Assembly (NCBI GenBank): GCA_017482055.1
Contig: JAFUOH010000003.1
Coordinates: 91,703-155,702, forward strand
Source of the DNA: Clostridia bacterium
Lineage (GTDB): Bacteria > Bacillota > Clostridia > Oscillospirales > CAG-272
Length of the DNA: 64,000 nucleotides
Direction of reading: 5' to 3'
Both the position numbers and the translations under genes were made by a program. Below, piece by piece: positions 9,586 through 18,448 of the stretch; position 1 is the first letter of the stretch, and every line of letters begins with the position of its first letter. A model generated the notes under the pieces. It saw only the letters and a program-made list of their open reading frames with translations, was not told the DNA's origin and did not search any database.

Positions 9586-10527
9586 TTATTGAGTCTGCCG
9601 CGCGCCCTCGGTGAGCACTTTGCCATCGGACTTAACTATAACGGTACCCATTGTGTCCGTGCGCAGCACCGTGGCACAGCCTGCTTCCGCAAGCCTTATC
9701 AAAACCTCACCGCGCGGATGACCGTACTCGTTATCCTTTCCGGCGGAGACTGCCGCTATCTCGGGTGTTATGAGCTCAAGCAGCTCCTTTGATGACGAGG
9801 TGTTGGAGCCATGGTGAGCTATCTTGTAAAAATCGCAGTTCAGCTCATCGACCGAGTAGCGCTCGATAAGATCACGCTCGGCGGGATAGCCCGCGTCACC
9901 CGTAAAGAGAAACGTGGTGTCGCCGAAGGTCAGCCTTATAATAAGGCTCATGTCATTTTCATCCTCGTATGTGTCAAGCGGACCGAGCACGGTGAAGGAG
10001 ATATCGCCGAGAGTGTAGACATCGCCGGTATTGGGGATCGCTGCGAAGGTGTCACTTTTCACGATCCGGTCTAACAAGGCTGTAAAGGATGAGTCTGATG
10101 ATCGCAGATCGGTAATCAGCACGTTTTTTACATTATAGTTGTCGATTATCATGTCTGCACCGCCGATGTGATCCTCGTGCGGATGTGTGCAGATAAGATA
10201 ATCTATGGCTTTGACACCGCAGGCGTCAAGGTGAGCCTTTAACACCGCCTCGGAGGCGTTTGTGCCGGCATCAATGAGGATATTTCCGTCGGCACTGCGG
10301 ATAAGCGTGCTGTCGCCTTGACCGACATCTATTATATGCACCTCCAGCTCGCCCTCGTCTACAGCATCGTTGTAAACGCTCGCAATGCTGCTGTAGTGTA
10401 TAGAGGCAAGCTCCCTAAAGGCTTTTGCAAGCTCATCGCCATAGTACAGGTATGCAAGTGCCGTACCGACTGTCAGAATGGAAACGATCAGCGCGAACAG
10501 CTTTCTTCTCGGTGAATGTTTTGACAT
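9586..10527 (-). CDS. Membrane-anchored ComEC/Rec2-related metallo-beta-lactamase-fold hydrolase
   Basis: N-terminal TM helix, then HIIDVGQGDSTLI .. CTHPHEDHIGG .. KIAHHGS, the MBL-fold motifs seen in the ComEC C-terminal domain. Confidence 0.75.
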   Translation of the reverse strand: MSKHSPRRKLFALIVSILTVGTALAYLYYGDELAKAFRELASIHYSSIASVYNDAVDEGELEVHIIDVGQGDSTLIRSADGNILIDAGTNASEAVLKAHLDACGVKAIDYLICTHPHEDHIGGADMIIDNYNVKNVLITDLRSSDSSFTALLDRIVKSDTFAAIPNTGDVYTLGDISFTVLGPLDTYEDENDMSLIIRLTFGDTTFLFTGDAGYPAERDLIERYSVDELNCDFYKIAHHGSNTSSSKELLELITPEIAAVSAGKDNEYGHPRGEVLIRLAEAGCATVLRTDTMGTVIVKSDGKVLTEGARQTQ

Positions 10528-10530
10528 GAT

Positions 10531-12681
10531 TTAAAATTTCATGGTGAGTGCGATGCGGTTCTTTTTGAGGTCTACGGATTTAATTTTTACCTCGACCACA
10601 TCGCCTACCGCGAGTACCTCGCTCGGATGCTTTATAAAGCGGTCACATATTTCCGAGATATGCACAAGTCCGTCGTGATGTACGCCGATGTCCACAAATG
10701 CGCCGAAGTCGATGACATTTCGTACAGTGCCCGTTACGATCATGTCGGGTTTCAAGTCGGCGATATCGAGAATATCGTCGCGCAGAACCGTTTGAGGCAG
10801 GCTGTCACGGACATCACGCCCCGGCTTTTCAAGCTCGGTGATGATATCGACAAGCGTAGGCTCGCCGACGTCAAGCTCGGCGCATACACGTGCAAAGCCC
10901 TGCTTTTTAACTTTGTCACGGAGTCCCGCAAGACGGTTCATACGTACATCCTCGGTGGTGTATTCGAATTTTTCGAGCAGACGGCGTGCCACAGTGTAGC
11001 TTTCGGGGTGTACACCGGTACAGTCAAGTATCTCGGAGGAGCCTGATACGCGAAGGAATCCCGCGCACTGTAAAAACGCCTTGTCGCCGATTCGCGGCAC
11101 CTTCTTTATCTCGGCACGAGACTTGAATTCGCCGTTTTCCTCGCGGTATTTTACGATATTTTTCGCAGAGGTGGCATTGATGCCCGCAACATAGGAGAGC
11201 AGGGAATAGGAGGCGGTGTTTATATCAACACCCACGGTGTTTACGCAGTCCTCAACCACTCCGCCGAGAGCTTCATCAAGTCGCGCAGGCTTCATATCGT
11301 GCTGATACTGTCCGACGCCTATTGCTTTAGGGTCGATCTTTACAAGCTCCGCAAGGGGATCCTGCAGGCGTCGTGCGATAGAGATGGCGCTTCGCTGCAT
11401 TACGTCATAATCGGGAAATTCCTCGGCGGCAAGCTTGGATGCAGAGTATACCGACGCCCCCGCTTCGCTTATGACCGCATACTTTACGTCTCCGTCGATC
11501 TCCTTTAGTAATCCTGCAATGAAAATTTCACTTTCCTTTGAGGCAGTGCCGTTGCCAATGGCGATGACACCAACGTTATGTGCGGCGATAAGCCGCTTGA
11601 CTATGCGCTTTGATTCGTCGATGCGCTCCTGCGGCTTCATGGGATAGATTACCGCAGTGTCAAGCACCTTGCCCGTTTTGTCCACTACCGCCAGTTTACA
11701 GCCGTTGCGGTAGCCGGGATCATAGCCGAGAGCAGTCTTGCCTTTAAGCGGCGACTGCATGAGCAGATTCTTTAAGTTGACCTCGAACACCTTGAGCGCA
11801 CCCTCGCAGGCGTCGTCGAAGAGCGCTGTGCGGATCTCTCGTTCGATGGAGGGAGCGATCAGGCGGTCGTAGCTGTCAACAATGGCGCGTTCAACATAAG
11901 GCTTTGCGGGGCTCGCGCCTTTTTTGATGATCTTTGCGAACAGATTATTTACCACCACATCGTCGGGCATGGTGACGGAGACCTTCAAAAACTCCTCCTT
12001 TTCACCTCTGTTGATTGCAAGGATGCGGTGCCCCGGGAGCTTCTTTAAGCGCTCATGAAAATCGTAGTACAGCGAGTAGACCGAGTCCTCTTCTTTTGCG
12101 GCTACGCTCTTTAATTCGCCGAGATCGAAGGTCAGCGCGCGGATATACTTGCGGTAGTCGGCGTTGTCGGAAATATCCTCGGCGATGATGTCGCAGGCAC
12201 CGTTAAACGCATCCTCCGCAGTTTCAACGCCCATCTCGGGGTTAACGAGCGATGCAGCCATTTCGTCAAGTGTGGGAGTATAGCTTGCTTCTTGGGTGAG
12301 CAGTGCTTCGGCGAGCGGTTCAAGTCCGCGTTCACGTGCCACGGAGGCACGGGTCTTGCGCTTCGGACGGAATGGGCGGTAGATGTCCTCCACCTCGGTG
12401 AGGATCTTCGCAAGCTCCAAGGCTTTATCGATCTCGGGAGTCATCTTGCCCTGCTCGGTAATGAGCGCGTGTACCTCTGCCTTGCGTGCTTCAAGCGAAC
12501 GCAGGTATGTAAGGCGCTCAAAAAGATCGCGAAGCTGTTCGTCATCGAGCGAGCCCGTGACCTCCTTGCGGTAGCGTGCGATAAAGGGAATGGTATTGCC
12601 GTCGTCAAACAGCGCGACGGTCTTTTCCACCTGCTCGGGAGTAATCCCCAGCTCGGCGGCGAGTGTTTTGATGATATCCAT
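10531..12681 (-). CDS. tex: Tex-like transcription accessory protein (YqgF/HhH/S1 domains)
   Basis: 716 aa. The N-terminus LFDDGNTIPFIARYRKEVTGSLDDEQLR and the C-terminal S1 domain (GTVRNVIDFGAFVDIGVHHDGLVHISE) are diagnostic of Tex. Confidence 0.9.
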   Translation of the reverse strand: MDIIKTLAAELGITPEQVEKTVALFDDGNTIPFIARYRKEVTGSLDDEQLRDLFERLTYLRSLEARKAEVHALITEQGKMTPEIDKALELAKILTEVEDIYRPFRPKRKTRASVARERGLEPLAEALLTQEASYTPTLDEMAASLVNPEMGVETAEDAFNGACDIIAEDISDNADYRKYIRALTFDLGELKSVAAKEEDSVYSLYYDFHERLKKLPGHRILAINRGEKEEFLKVSVTMPDDVVVNNLFAKIIKKGASPAKPYVERAIVDSYDRLIAPSIEREIRTALFDDACEGALKVFEVNLKNLLMQSPLKGKTALGYDPGYRNGCKLAVVDKTGKVLDTAVIYPMKPQERIDESKRIVKRLIAAHNVGVIAIGNGTASKESEIFIAGLLKEIDGDVKYAVISEAGASVYSASKLAAEEFPDYDVMQRSAISIARRLQDPLAELVKIDPKAIGVGQYQHDMKPARLDEALGGVVEDCVNTVGVDINTASYSLLSYVAGINATSAKNIVKYREENGEFKSRAEIKKVPRIGDKAFLQCAGFLRVSGSSEILDCTGVHPESYTVARRLLEKFEYTTEDVRMNRLAGLRDKVKKQGFARVCAELDVGEPTLVDIITELEKPGRDVRDSLPQTVLRDDILDIADLKPDMIVTGTVRNVIDFGAFVDIGVHHDGLVHISEICDRFIKHPSEVLAVGDVVEVKIKSVDLKKNRIALTMKF

Positions 12682-12697
12682 TGATTTCTCCTGTGTA

Positions 12698-13405
12698 TTA
12701 ATTTAAAAATGAGCGCAAATGCGCTTCTTCATCGGTGGAAAGCTCCCGCCATTCACCCCGCTTGAGGTCAGTGTCAAGCGGTATACCCGCAAATTCCACC
12801 CTCTCAAGATACGTGATCTTGTTGCACACCGCTTCGAGCATTCTCTTGACCTGATGGAATTTGCCCTCGGTCAGCGTGAGCTGCCCCGACATTCTGTCCT
12901 CATACAGCATGAGCTTGGCGGGCTTGGTCATCTCACCGTCAAGGTTTACACCCGATTCGAGACGCTCCTTGTCCTCATCGGTGATAAGCCGTTCGGCGCG
13001 GAAATAGTATACCTTCGAAACATGATGCTTTGGCGAGAGCAGTCGATGGCACAGCTCACCGTCATTGGTTAAGATGAGCAGTCCGAGAGTGTTTTTATCA
13101 AGTCTGCCGCATGGGAACAGTCCAAGCTTTTGGGTACGCTCGTCAAGCAACTCAAGGACGGTGTGATCCTTTTTATCGTCGGTGGCGGATATATAGCCTT
13201 CAGGTTTGTTTAACATAATATAGGTGAATTTTTTGTATTCCACCGGTTGGCCGAGGTATGTGATCACATTTTTTTCGGGGTCGATATGCATGTCGGCTGA
13301 CTTCACCGCCACACCGTCCACGGTGATCCTGCCCGCCTTTGCCGCTTTTTTACATTCGGTGCGGCTGCACAGCCCAACCTCGGAAAGCAGTTTGTCAAGT
13401 CTCAT
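12698..13405 (-). CDS. RsuA/RluB-family rRNA pseudouridine synthase (S4 domain plus catalytic domain)
   Basis: The start is set to ATG 13405 (MRLDKLLSEVGLCSRTECKK = S4 domain). The catalytic motif GRLDKNTLGLLILTNDG is present. There is a 4-nt ATGA overlap with the upstream ORF. Confidence 0.85.
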   Translation of the reverse strand: MRLDKLLSEVGLCSRTECKKAAKAGRITVDGVAVKSADMHIDPEKNVITYLGQPVEYKKFTYIMLNKPEGYISATDDKKDHTVLELLDERTQKLGLFPCGRLDKNTLGLLILTNDGELCHRLLSPKHHVSKVYYFRAERLITDEDKERLESGVNLDGEMTKPAKLMLYEDRMSGQLTLTEGKFHQVKRMLEAVCNKITYLERVEFAGIPLDTDLKRGEWRELSTDEEAHLRSFLN

Positions 13406-13767
13406 ATGAACATATTGATAAGCACACTGCAGACGATTATCGCCGCGATGCCGAATATAACAAGTCCCACAGTGAAGCCCAGCAGAAAATCCCATAAACG
13501 TGTACGATTACGTGTGCGCTTTTGCTCGCGATCCTTTTGCCGTGACTTCACAGGCGTCTGTGTGCTTTGCGAAATCTGCGCAACGCGTGCTCGCGCCTGC
13601 GTGGGATTCAGCGGCTTTATACGCTCCACGGTAACGCGCGACGGATCGCGTCCTTGCGGCTGAGCCTGAGCAGCCGAGACAGGACGACGGTTGTATGTTC
13701 CCGATATGGGCTTTGACTGATATTGCACGGTCATATTGCGGCTGCCGTGAGAGGGCATATTTGGCAT
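13402..13767 (-). CDS. Hypothetical tail-anchored protein (Pro/Gln/Arg-rich disordered region plus C-terminal TM helix)
   Basis: 121-aa ORF translationally coupled to the pseudouridine synthase gene. The C-terminal segment LWDFLLGFTVGLVIFGIAAIIVCSVLINMFI is hydrophobic. I recognise no family. Confidence 0.45.
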   Translation of the reverse strand: MPNMPSHGSRNMTVQYQSKPISGTYNRRPVSAAQAQPQGRDPSRVTVERIKPLNPTQARARVAQISQSTQTPVKSRQKDREQKRTRNRTRLWDFLLGFTVGLVIFGIAAIIVCSVLINMFI

Positions 13768-13962
13768 ACAGCGCTTACCTCCGTTTGAAATTTTTGTCGT
13801 TACTTTTGCCTTTTCGGTTTAAGTATTGACTTCATACCTATATTTTAACATATTATGTGCCAAATGTAAAGCGAAGTGGGAAATTTTTTTCACACTGACG
13901 GAAAATAAGCGGAAAAAAACGAAAATATCGGCAGATTTACTCGGGAAAATATTAAAAAACTC

Positions 13963-13991
13963 TTGCAATTTCCGATATTTTGTGCTATAAT
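13963..13991 (+). promoter_or_regulatory. Sigma-A-type promoter of rplS
   Basis: TTGCAA, a 17-nt spacer, then TATAAT with a TGC extended -10, about 110 nt upstream of the rplS ATG. Confidence 0.6.
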
Positions 13992-14100
13992 ATATACGTT
14001 ATGCGCCCACCTGCAAGGCGGGAGATAACGGAAGCAGTCCGCTGCAAATGCTCTGCAAGAATGTTTCCGATCACTTAATATTTTTAAGGAGGAAGCCAAA

Positions 14101-14442
14101 ATGGATCTTATTAAGGCTTTTACAAATGAGCAGTTAAAGGAAAATGTACCCGAACTGAATGTTGGTGATACCATCCGTATCCACAACAAGATCAAAGAGG
14201 GTAACAGAGAGAGAATTCAGCTTTTCGAGGGCACTATCATTGCCAAGAACGGCGGCGGAATCTCCGAGACCTTCACCGTAAGACGTGTTTCCTACGGCGT
14301 TGGCGTTGAGAAGACTTTCCCGGTACATTCCCCGAACGTTGAAAAGGTTGAAGTTATCAGACGCGGTAAGGTTAGACGCGCTAAGCTGTACTATCTCCGT
14401 GACAGAGTCGGTAAGAGCTCCAAGGTTAAGGAACAGCTCTGA
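14101..14442 (+). CDS. rplS: 50S ribosomal protein L19
   Basis: [59 protein letters not shown] is canonical bL19, and an AGGAGG SD lies upstream. Confidence 0.97.
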   Translation: MDLIKAFTNEQLKENVPELNVGDTIRIHNKIKEGNRERIQLFEGTIIAKNGGGISETFTVRRVSYGVGVEKTFPVHSPNVEKVEVIRRGKVRRAKLYYLRDRVGKSSKVKEQL

Positions 14443-14466
14443 TTTCGTAACCGATCGAAATTTAGA

Positions 14467-14497
14467 AAGGATGTCGCTTTTGACATCCTTTTTAATT
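14467..14497 (+). terminator. rplS terminator
   Basis: Stem AAGGATGTC / GACATCCTT with a 6-nt loop, followed by TTTTAATTT. Confidence 0.75.
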
Positions 14498-14588
14498 TAT
14501 TTGGGAAAATAATTTCAAAAAACACCGGTTTTTTTCAGAACCGTTTAAGTTTTGCGAGGTATAATTGTAAAGCAAGGGGGGATGTAGC

Positions 14589-15329
14589 TTGGCATATCAA
14601 AATGTGTTCATGCGGTATGAGCTTAAATATATTTTGACCGAGGAGCAGAAGCAGACTGTGCTTTGTGCCATGGCACCGTATATGGAGCCTGATAAATATG
14701 GTCGATCGACTATCCGCAACATTTATTTTGATACGGACAGCTACAGACTCATACGTCGCTCGATCGAGAAGCCTGCCTATAAAGAAAAGCTTCGGATACG
14801 CAGCTACAGCAGGGCTAATGCAGACAGCACCGTTTTTGTGGAGCTTAAAAAGAAATACCGCTCGGTGGTATACAAGCGGCGAGTCTCTCTACCCGAAAAA
14901 ACGGCGATGGAGTGGACCTGCGGCGGACACTATGTCGGCGAGCCTACGCAGATCTCACGCGAGATCGACTATTTCCTCGGTTACTATAAAACGCTTCGAC
15001 CCGTGGCATTTCTCTCATACGAAAGGGAAGCGTATTATTCGAAAGATGACTCGGCTTTTCGTGTGACCTTTGATGATAACATCCTGTGTCGATGCGGTGA
15101 TCTTTCCCTTGAATCGGAAGTGGGTGGAATACCGCTGCTGTCTCGGGGAAAAATTCTGATGGAGGTCAAGTGCGCGGGAGGTATGCCGATTTGGATGGCA
15201 AAGCTCCTGTCCCGGGAACGCATATTCAAGACTTCCTTTTCAAAATACGGAACGGCATACGAGACTGTTATTTATCCCAAATTACAGGACGGCAGTTCTG
15301 ATAAAATCAAGGAGGCTATTAATGTTTGA
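14589..15329 (+). CDS. VTC-domain (CYTH-like, 'polyphosphate polymerase domain') protein
   Basis: 246-aa soluble protein. The N-terminus FMRYELKYILTEEQKQ.. and the IRNIYFDT / KLRIRSY / VFVELKKKY strand pattern resemble bacterial VTC-domain proteins. The TTG start lies 7 nt after GGGGGG. The assignment is from memory only. Confidence 0.6.
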   Translation: MAYQNVFMRYELKYILTEEQKQTVLCAMAPYMEPDKYGRSTIRNIYFDTDSYRLIRRSIEKPAYKEKLRIRSYSRANADSTVFVELKKKYRSVVYKRRVSLPEKTAMEWTCGGHYVGEPTQISREIDYFLGYYKTLRPVAFLSYEREAYYSKDDSAFRVTFDDNILCRCGDLSLESEVGGIPLLSRGKILMEVKCAGGMPIWMAKLLSRERIFKTSFSKYGTAYETVIYPKLQDGSSDKIKEAINV

Positions 15330-16017
15330 AGGATTGTTTAAAGGACTTTTTGATTCGGAATTATCCACGGTGATAAGTGTCAGTGATTTTTTGCTTTGTC
15401 TCGGCTTTGCGCTCATACTGGGACTTGTTATGGCGCTTACATATATGTACCGCACGCGATATACCAAGAGCTTTGTGATAACGCTGGCGCTGCTTCCCGC
15501 AGTGGTTTGCATAGTTATCATGCTGGTAAACGGAAATGTTGGCACAGGTGTGGCGGTTGCGGGGGCATTCAGCCTTGTACGCTTTCGCTCTGTACCCGGC
15601 AGTGCCAAGGAGATCTGCACGCTGTTTCTCGCCATGGGTGCAGGACTTATCACGGGTATGGGCTACCTCGGTTTTGCGGTACTGTTTACTGTGATCATGT
15701 GCGCGGTGTTCTTATTCTACAATCGACTTGATCTCGGGGCGAGAAAAAATGCCGCTTCTTATAAAACGCTCAACGTTACTATTCCCGAGGATCTTGACTA
15801 TTCGGGCATTTTCGATGATATATTCAGTGAGTACACCGTTTCCTGCGAGCTTGTTCGTGTCAAGACCACCAATTTCGGCAGTATGTTCAGACTTACCTAC
15901 AATGTGACACTTAAAGATGCGACAAAAGAAAAGGAAATGATAGACATGTTACGGTGCAGAAACGGGAATTTGGAAATTTCTGTGTCAAGTCAGGAAAATG
16001 TTACAGCCGAGCTGTAA
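15322..16017 (+). CDS. DUF4956-like membrane protein
   Basis: 231 aa. The first ~135 aa are hydrophobic (about 4 TM segments) and are followed by a ~95-aa soluble tail. It overlaps the VTC gene by 8 nt. VTC-domain genes are usually followed by DUF4956 genes in Firmicutes, as far as I recall. Confidence 0.55.
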   Translation: MFEGLFKGLFDSELSTVISVSDFLLCLGFALILGLVMALTYMYRTRYTKSFVITLALLPAVVCIVIMLVNGNVGTGVAVAGAFSLVRFRSVPGSAKEICTLFLAMGAGLITGMGYLGFAVLFTVIMCAVFLFYNRLDLGARKNAASYKTLNVTIPEDLDYSGIFDDIFSEYTVSCELVRVKTTNFGSMFRLTYNVTLKDATKEKEMIDMLRCRNGNLEISVSSQENVTAEL

Positions 16018-16036
16018 ATCGAGGTGATATGTATAA

Positions 16037-17866
16037 ATGAAAAAAACAATATCGCTCTTACTGTGCCTGTTGATACTGTCCGCATCATCGGGATGTGTGT
16101 CCGACAGTAAGGCAGATACCGATCCGAATGATGTCTCTGTAAAGCTTGCGGATACGTCGGGCATGGACTTCAGCTTTGATGATGAGGATGAACTGACTCT
16201 TATTACGGAGACACTCGCAGATACAGAAGCAGTCACCGACACGGAGGCGGTTACGGATAAAGAGGCGGTTATCGAAACGGAGAATATGCCCGAAACGGAG
16301 AATGTGCCCGAAACGGAAAAGACACCCGAAACAGAAAAAATTCCGGATAATACATTAAAGTACGAACCGGTCAATATTACCTCCGGCGGCACCTATACTT
16401 TATCGGGAACAAGGACGGATACTACAGTTGTTATCGATGCAGGCAACGCGGATGTCAAGCTTATTCTTAACGGCGTGACGATAACCAACAGTGAAGGACC
16501 GGCAATATACATCCGCTCGGCGGATAATGTGGAGCTTACTCTTGCCGAGGGGACCGTAAATACCGTTTCCGACGGCGCATCATACACGATCATCGACAGC
16601 GATTCCACACTTGATGCGGCGATATTCAGTAAAGCCGATCTTACTGTCAACGGTACGGGAACACTTATCGTAAACGGCAATTACAAGCACGGCATTGTGT
16701 CAAAGGACGATCTTATAATCACTGCGGGCGCTTTGTCAGTAAATGCGCAGAATGTGGGCCTGAACGGTAAAGACTGTGTAAAGATCGGCGGGGGTACCAT
16801 CACAATTTCCGCAGGCAGTGACGGTATCCGCTCGGATAACGATGAAGATACCTCGCGCGGCTACGTTTACCTCTACGGAGGCAGTATCCATATTACGGCG
16901 GGAAATGATGGTATTCAGGCGGAGACGGTGCTGAAGGTTGAGGATGTACTTCTGAATGTGAAGAGCGGTGACGGCAGCACAGGTAAAATATACTACTCTG
17001 ATGAGTCATTTAAAGGTTTAAAGGCAGGTTCGGATATTCTGATAAGCGGCGGCGTATTCAACATTGATTCACAGGATGACTGCATCCATTCAAACGGAAC
17101 CATCACCATCTCGGGCGGCACTTATACGTTATCCTCGGGGGATGACGGTATCCATGCGGATACGGATCTTGAGATCTCGGGGGCTAATACATCACTTACC
17201 ATCAACAAGAGCTATGAAGGCATTGAAGCAACCTCGGTCATTATCAGAGACGGAAATATTTGGCTGAAAGCTTCCGATGACGGTTTGAACGCCGCCGGCG
17301 GAAACGATTCCTCGGCTATGGGCAATCGCCCGGGAAAAGGAGGTTTCAGTTCATCGAACGGTAAGATAGTCATCACAGGCGGAACGCTGTATATAAATGC
17401 TTCGGGCGACGGACTGGATGCCAACGGTACGCTTTCCATCACAGGCGGCTCTATAGTTGTTTCAGGTCCCAACAGCGGTGATACTGCGATACTTGATTTT
17501 GACAATACGGGCACGATCGAAGGCGGTACCTTCATAGGCACAGGTGCATCAAGCATGACACAGAATTTCAGCACTACATCAACACAGGGCGTTATTATGG
17601 TAACTGTTGGCACAAATAATGCGGGCACCTCGATCACTCTGGAGGATTCTGACGGAAACGTACTTCTTTCTCATACCGCAGATCAGACATTCTCCTGCGT
17701 GATAGTAAGCAGCCCCGACATAAATGAGGGCGGCACATATAAGCTGACAGTCGGTACTGCTATAACCGACATTACAATGAGCAGCCTTGTATATGGCTCA
17801 GGCGGTTTTGGCGGAGGAGGCTTCGGAGGCGGATTTGGCGGCTTCGGAGGAGGCAAACGGCATTAA
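16037..17866 (+). CDS. Lipoprotein with parallel beta-helix repeats (Cthe_2159-like carbohydrate-binding family), acidic repeat linker and Gly/Phe-rich C-terminus
   Basis: Lipobox LSASSGC. Seven rungs carry the signature x-D-G/C-I/L-x-A/S (SDGIRS, NDGIQA, DDCIHS, DDGIHA, YEGIEA, DDGLNA, GDGLDA), each preceded by I-x-G-G. The C-terminus reads GSGGFGGGGFGGGFGGFGGGKRH. Confidence 0.6.
   Translation: MKKTISLLLCLLILSASSGCVSDSKADTDPNDVSVKLADTSGMDFSFDDEDELTLITETLADTEAVTDTEAVTDKEAVIETENMPETENVPETEKTPETEKIPDNTLKYEPVNITSGGTYTLSGTRTDTTVVIDAGNADVKLILNGVTITNSEGPAIYIRSADNVELTLAEGTVNTVSDGASYTIIDSDSTLDAAIFSKADLTVNGTGTLIVNGNYKHGIVSKDDLIITAGALSVNAQNVGLNGKDCVKIGGGTITISAGSDGIRSDNDEDTSRGYVYLYGGSIHITAGNDGIQAETVLKVEDVLLNVKSGDGSTGKIYYSDESFKGLKAGSDILISGGVFNIDSQDDCIHSNGTITISGGTYTLSSGDDGIHADTDLEISGANTSLTINKSYEGIEATSVIIRDGNIWLKASDDGLNAAGGNDSSAMGNRPGKGGFSSSNGKIVITGGTLYINASGDGLDANGTLSITGGSIVVSGPNSGDTAILDFDNTGTIEGGTFIGTGASSMTQNFSTTSTQGVIMVTVGTNNAGTSITLEDSDGNVLLSHTADQTFSCVIVSSPDINEGGTYKLTVGTAITDITMSSLVYGSGGFGGGGFGGGFGGFGGGKRH
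16223..16348 (+). repeat. Seven in-frame tandem copies of an 18-nt unit inside the lipoprotein gene
   Basis: Peptide units TEAVTD / TEAVTD / KEAVIE / TENMPE / TENVPE / TEKTPE / TEKIPD. The DNA copies GAAACGGAGAATATGCCC and GAAACGGAGAATGTGCCC are nearly identical. Confidence 0.85.
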
Positions 17867-17872
17867 TTAAAC

Positions 17873-17910
17873 AAGGATATTGCACGCAGCGGCAATATCC
17901 TTTGTTTTTT
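17873..17910. terminator. Strong terminator after the lipoprotein gene (shared with the convergent pseudogene)
   Basis: Perfect 11-bp stem AAGGATATTGC / GCAATATCCTT followed by TGTTTTTT. Confidence 0.85.
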
Positions 17911-18213
17911 CAGTTGTTCGGATAGCGTTCTTCGAGAATGGTTTTTATGAGCGGCTCGATAACCTAAGCCATTCTGTATAAGCCAAGGTCGTTGGGATGA
18001 ATTCGGTCGTTGGTACAGAATTCACGGTCCGTGTCTCCGAAGAAGGTTTCGCCGTCGATGAAGTACACGTTTTTGTCGCCCGCAGCAACTGCGTTGTTAT
18101 ATGTGGCGCGTATTATCTCACGTCGGCGGGAACGCGTTCCAAGATGTGGTTTTCAGAAAAAACGGCAAACCGTGGACTTCGATCGGGTCATCATTGTATT
18201 TATAGGCTTTCAT
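17910..18213 (-). pseudogene. Decayed SGNH/GDSL-family hydrolase gene (internal deletion, frameshift, in-frame TAG)
   Basis: My own minus-strand translation gives MKAYKYNDDPIEVHGLPFFLKTTSWNAFPPT*. After a +1 shift it continues EIIRATYNNAVAAGDKNVYFIDGETFFGDTDREFCTNDRIHPNDLGLYRMA*(TAG)VIEPLIKTILEERYPNN*. DRIHPND is the SGNH block V (DxxH), while the catalytic GDS block I and the middle of the protein are absent. Confidence 0.6.
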
Positions 18214-18365
18214 ATGCGTGAGACCTTTCTTGATTTGGTATAACAATTTTATACCTTACATTTTATTTTGTCAATAATAAATCAAAAAAATTATGTCTGA
18301 TTTTATCTTAGCATAAAAAACGACGAAAAAAGAACCTTAATTTTGCATTTTTTTCGAAATAATGA

Positions 18366-18394
18366 TTGATTTTTGCGAGATATTATGGTATGAT
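18366..18394 (+). promoter_or_regulatory. Sigma-A-type promoter of the 820-aa gene
   Basis: TTGATT, a 17-nt spacer, then TATGAT with a TGG extended -10, in an AT-rich intergenic region. Confidence 0.55.
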
Positions 18395-18448
18395 ATAAGT
18401 ATAACAACGTTATTTGCGATAACACATGATATCGGAGATATATAAACT

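Noticed and set aside
8552-9592. 346-aa plus-strand ORF overlapping proS
   Set aside because: It is antisense to prolyl-tRNA synthetase and has no recognisable motifs.
15985-16392. 135-aa minus-strand ORF with SVSG/TASVS repeats
   Set aside because: It is the reverse-complement reading of the 18-nt tandem repeat in the lipoprotein gene. The repeats are real, but the ORF is not.
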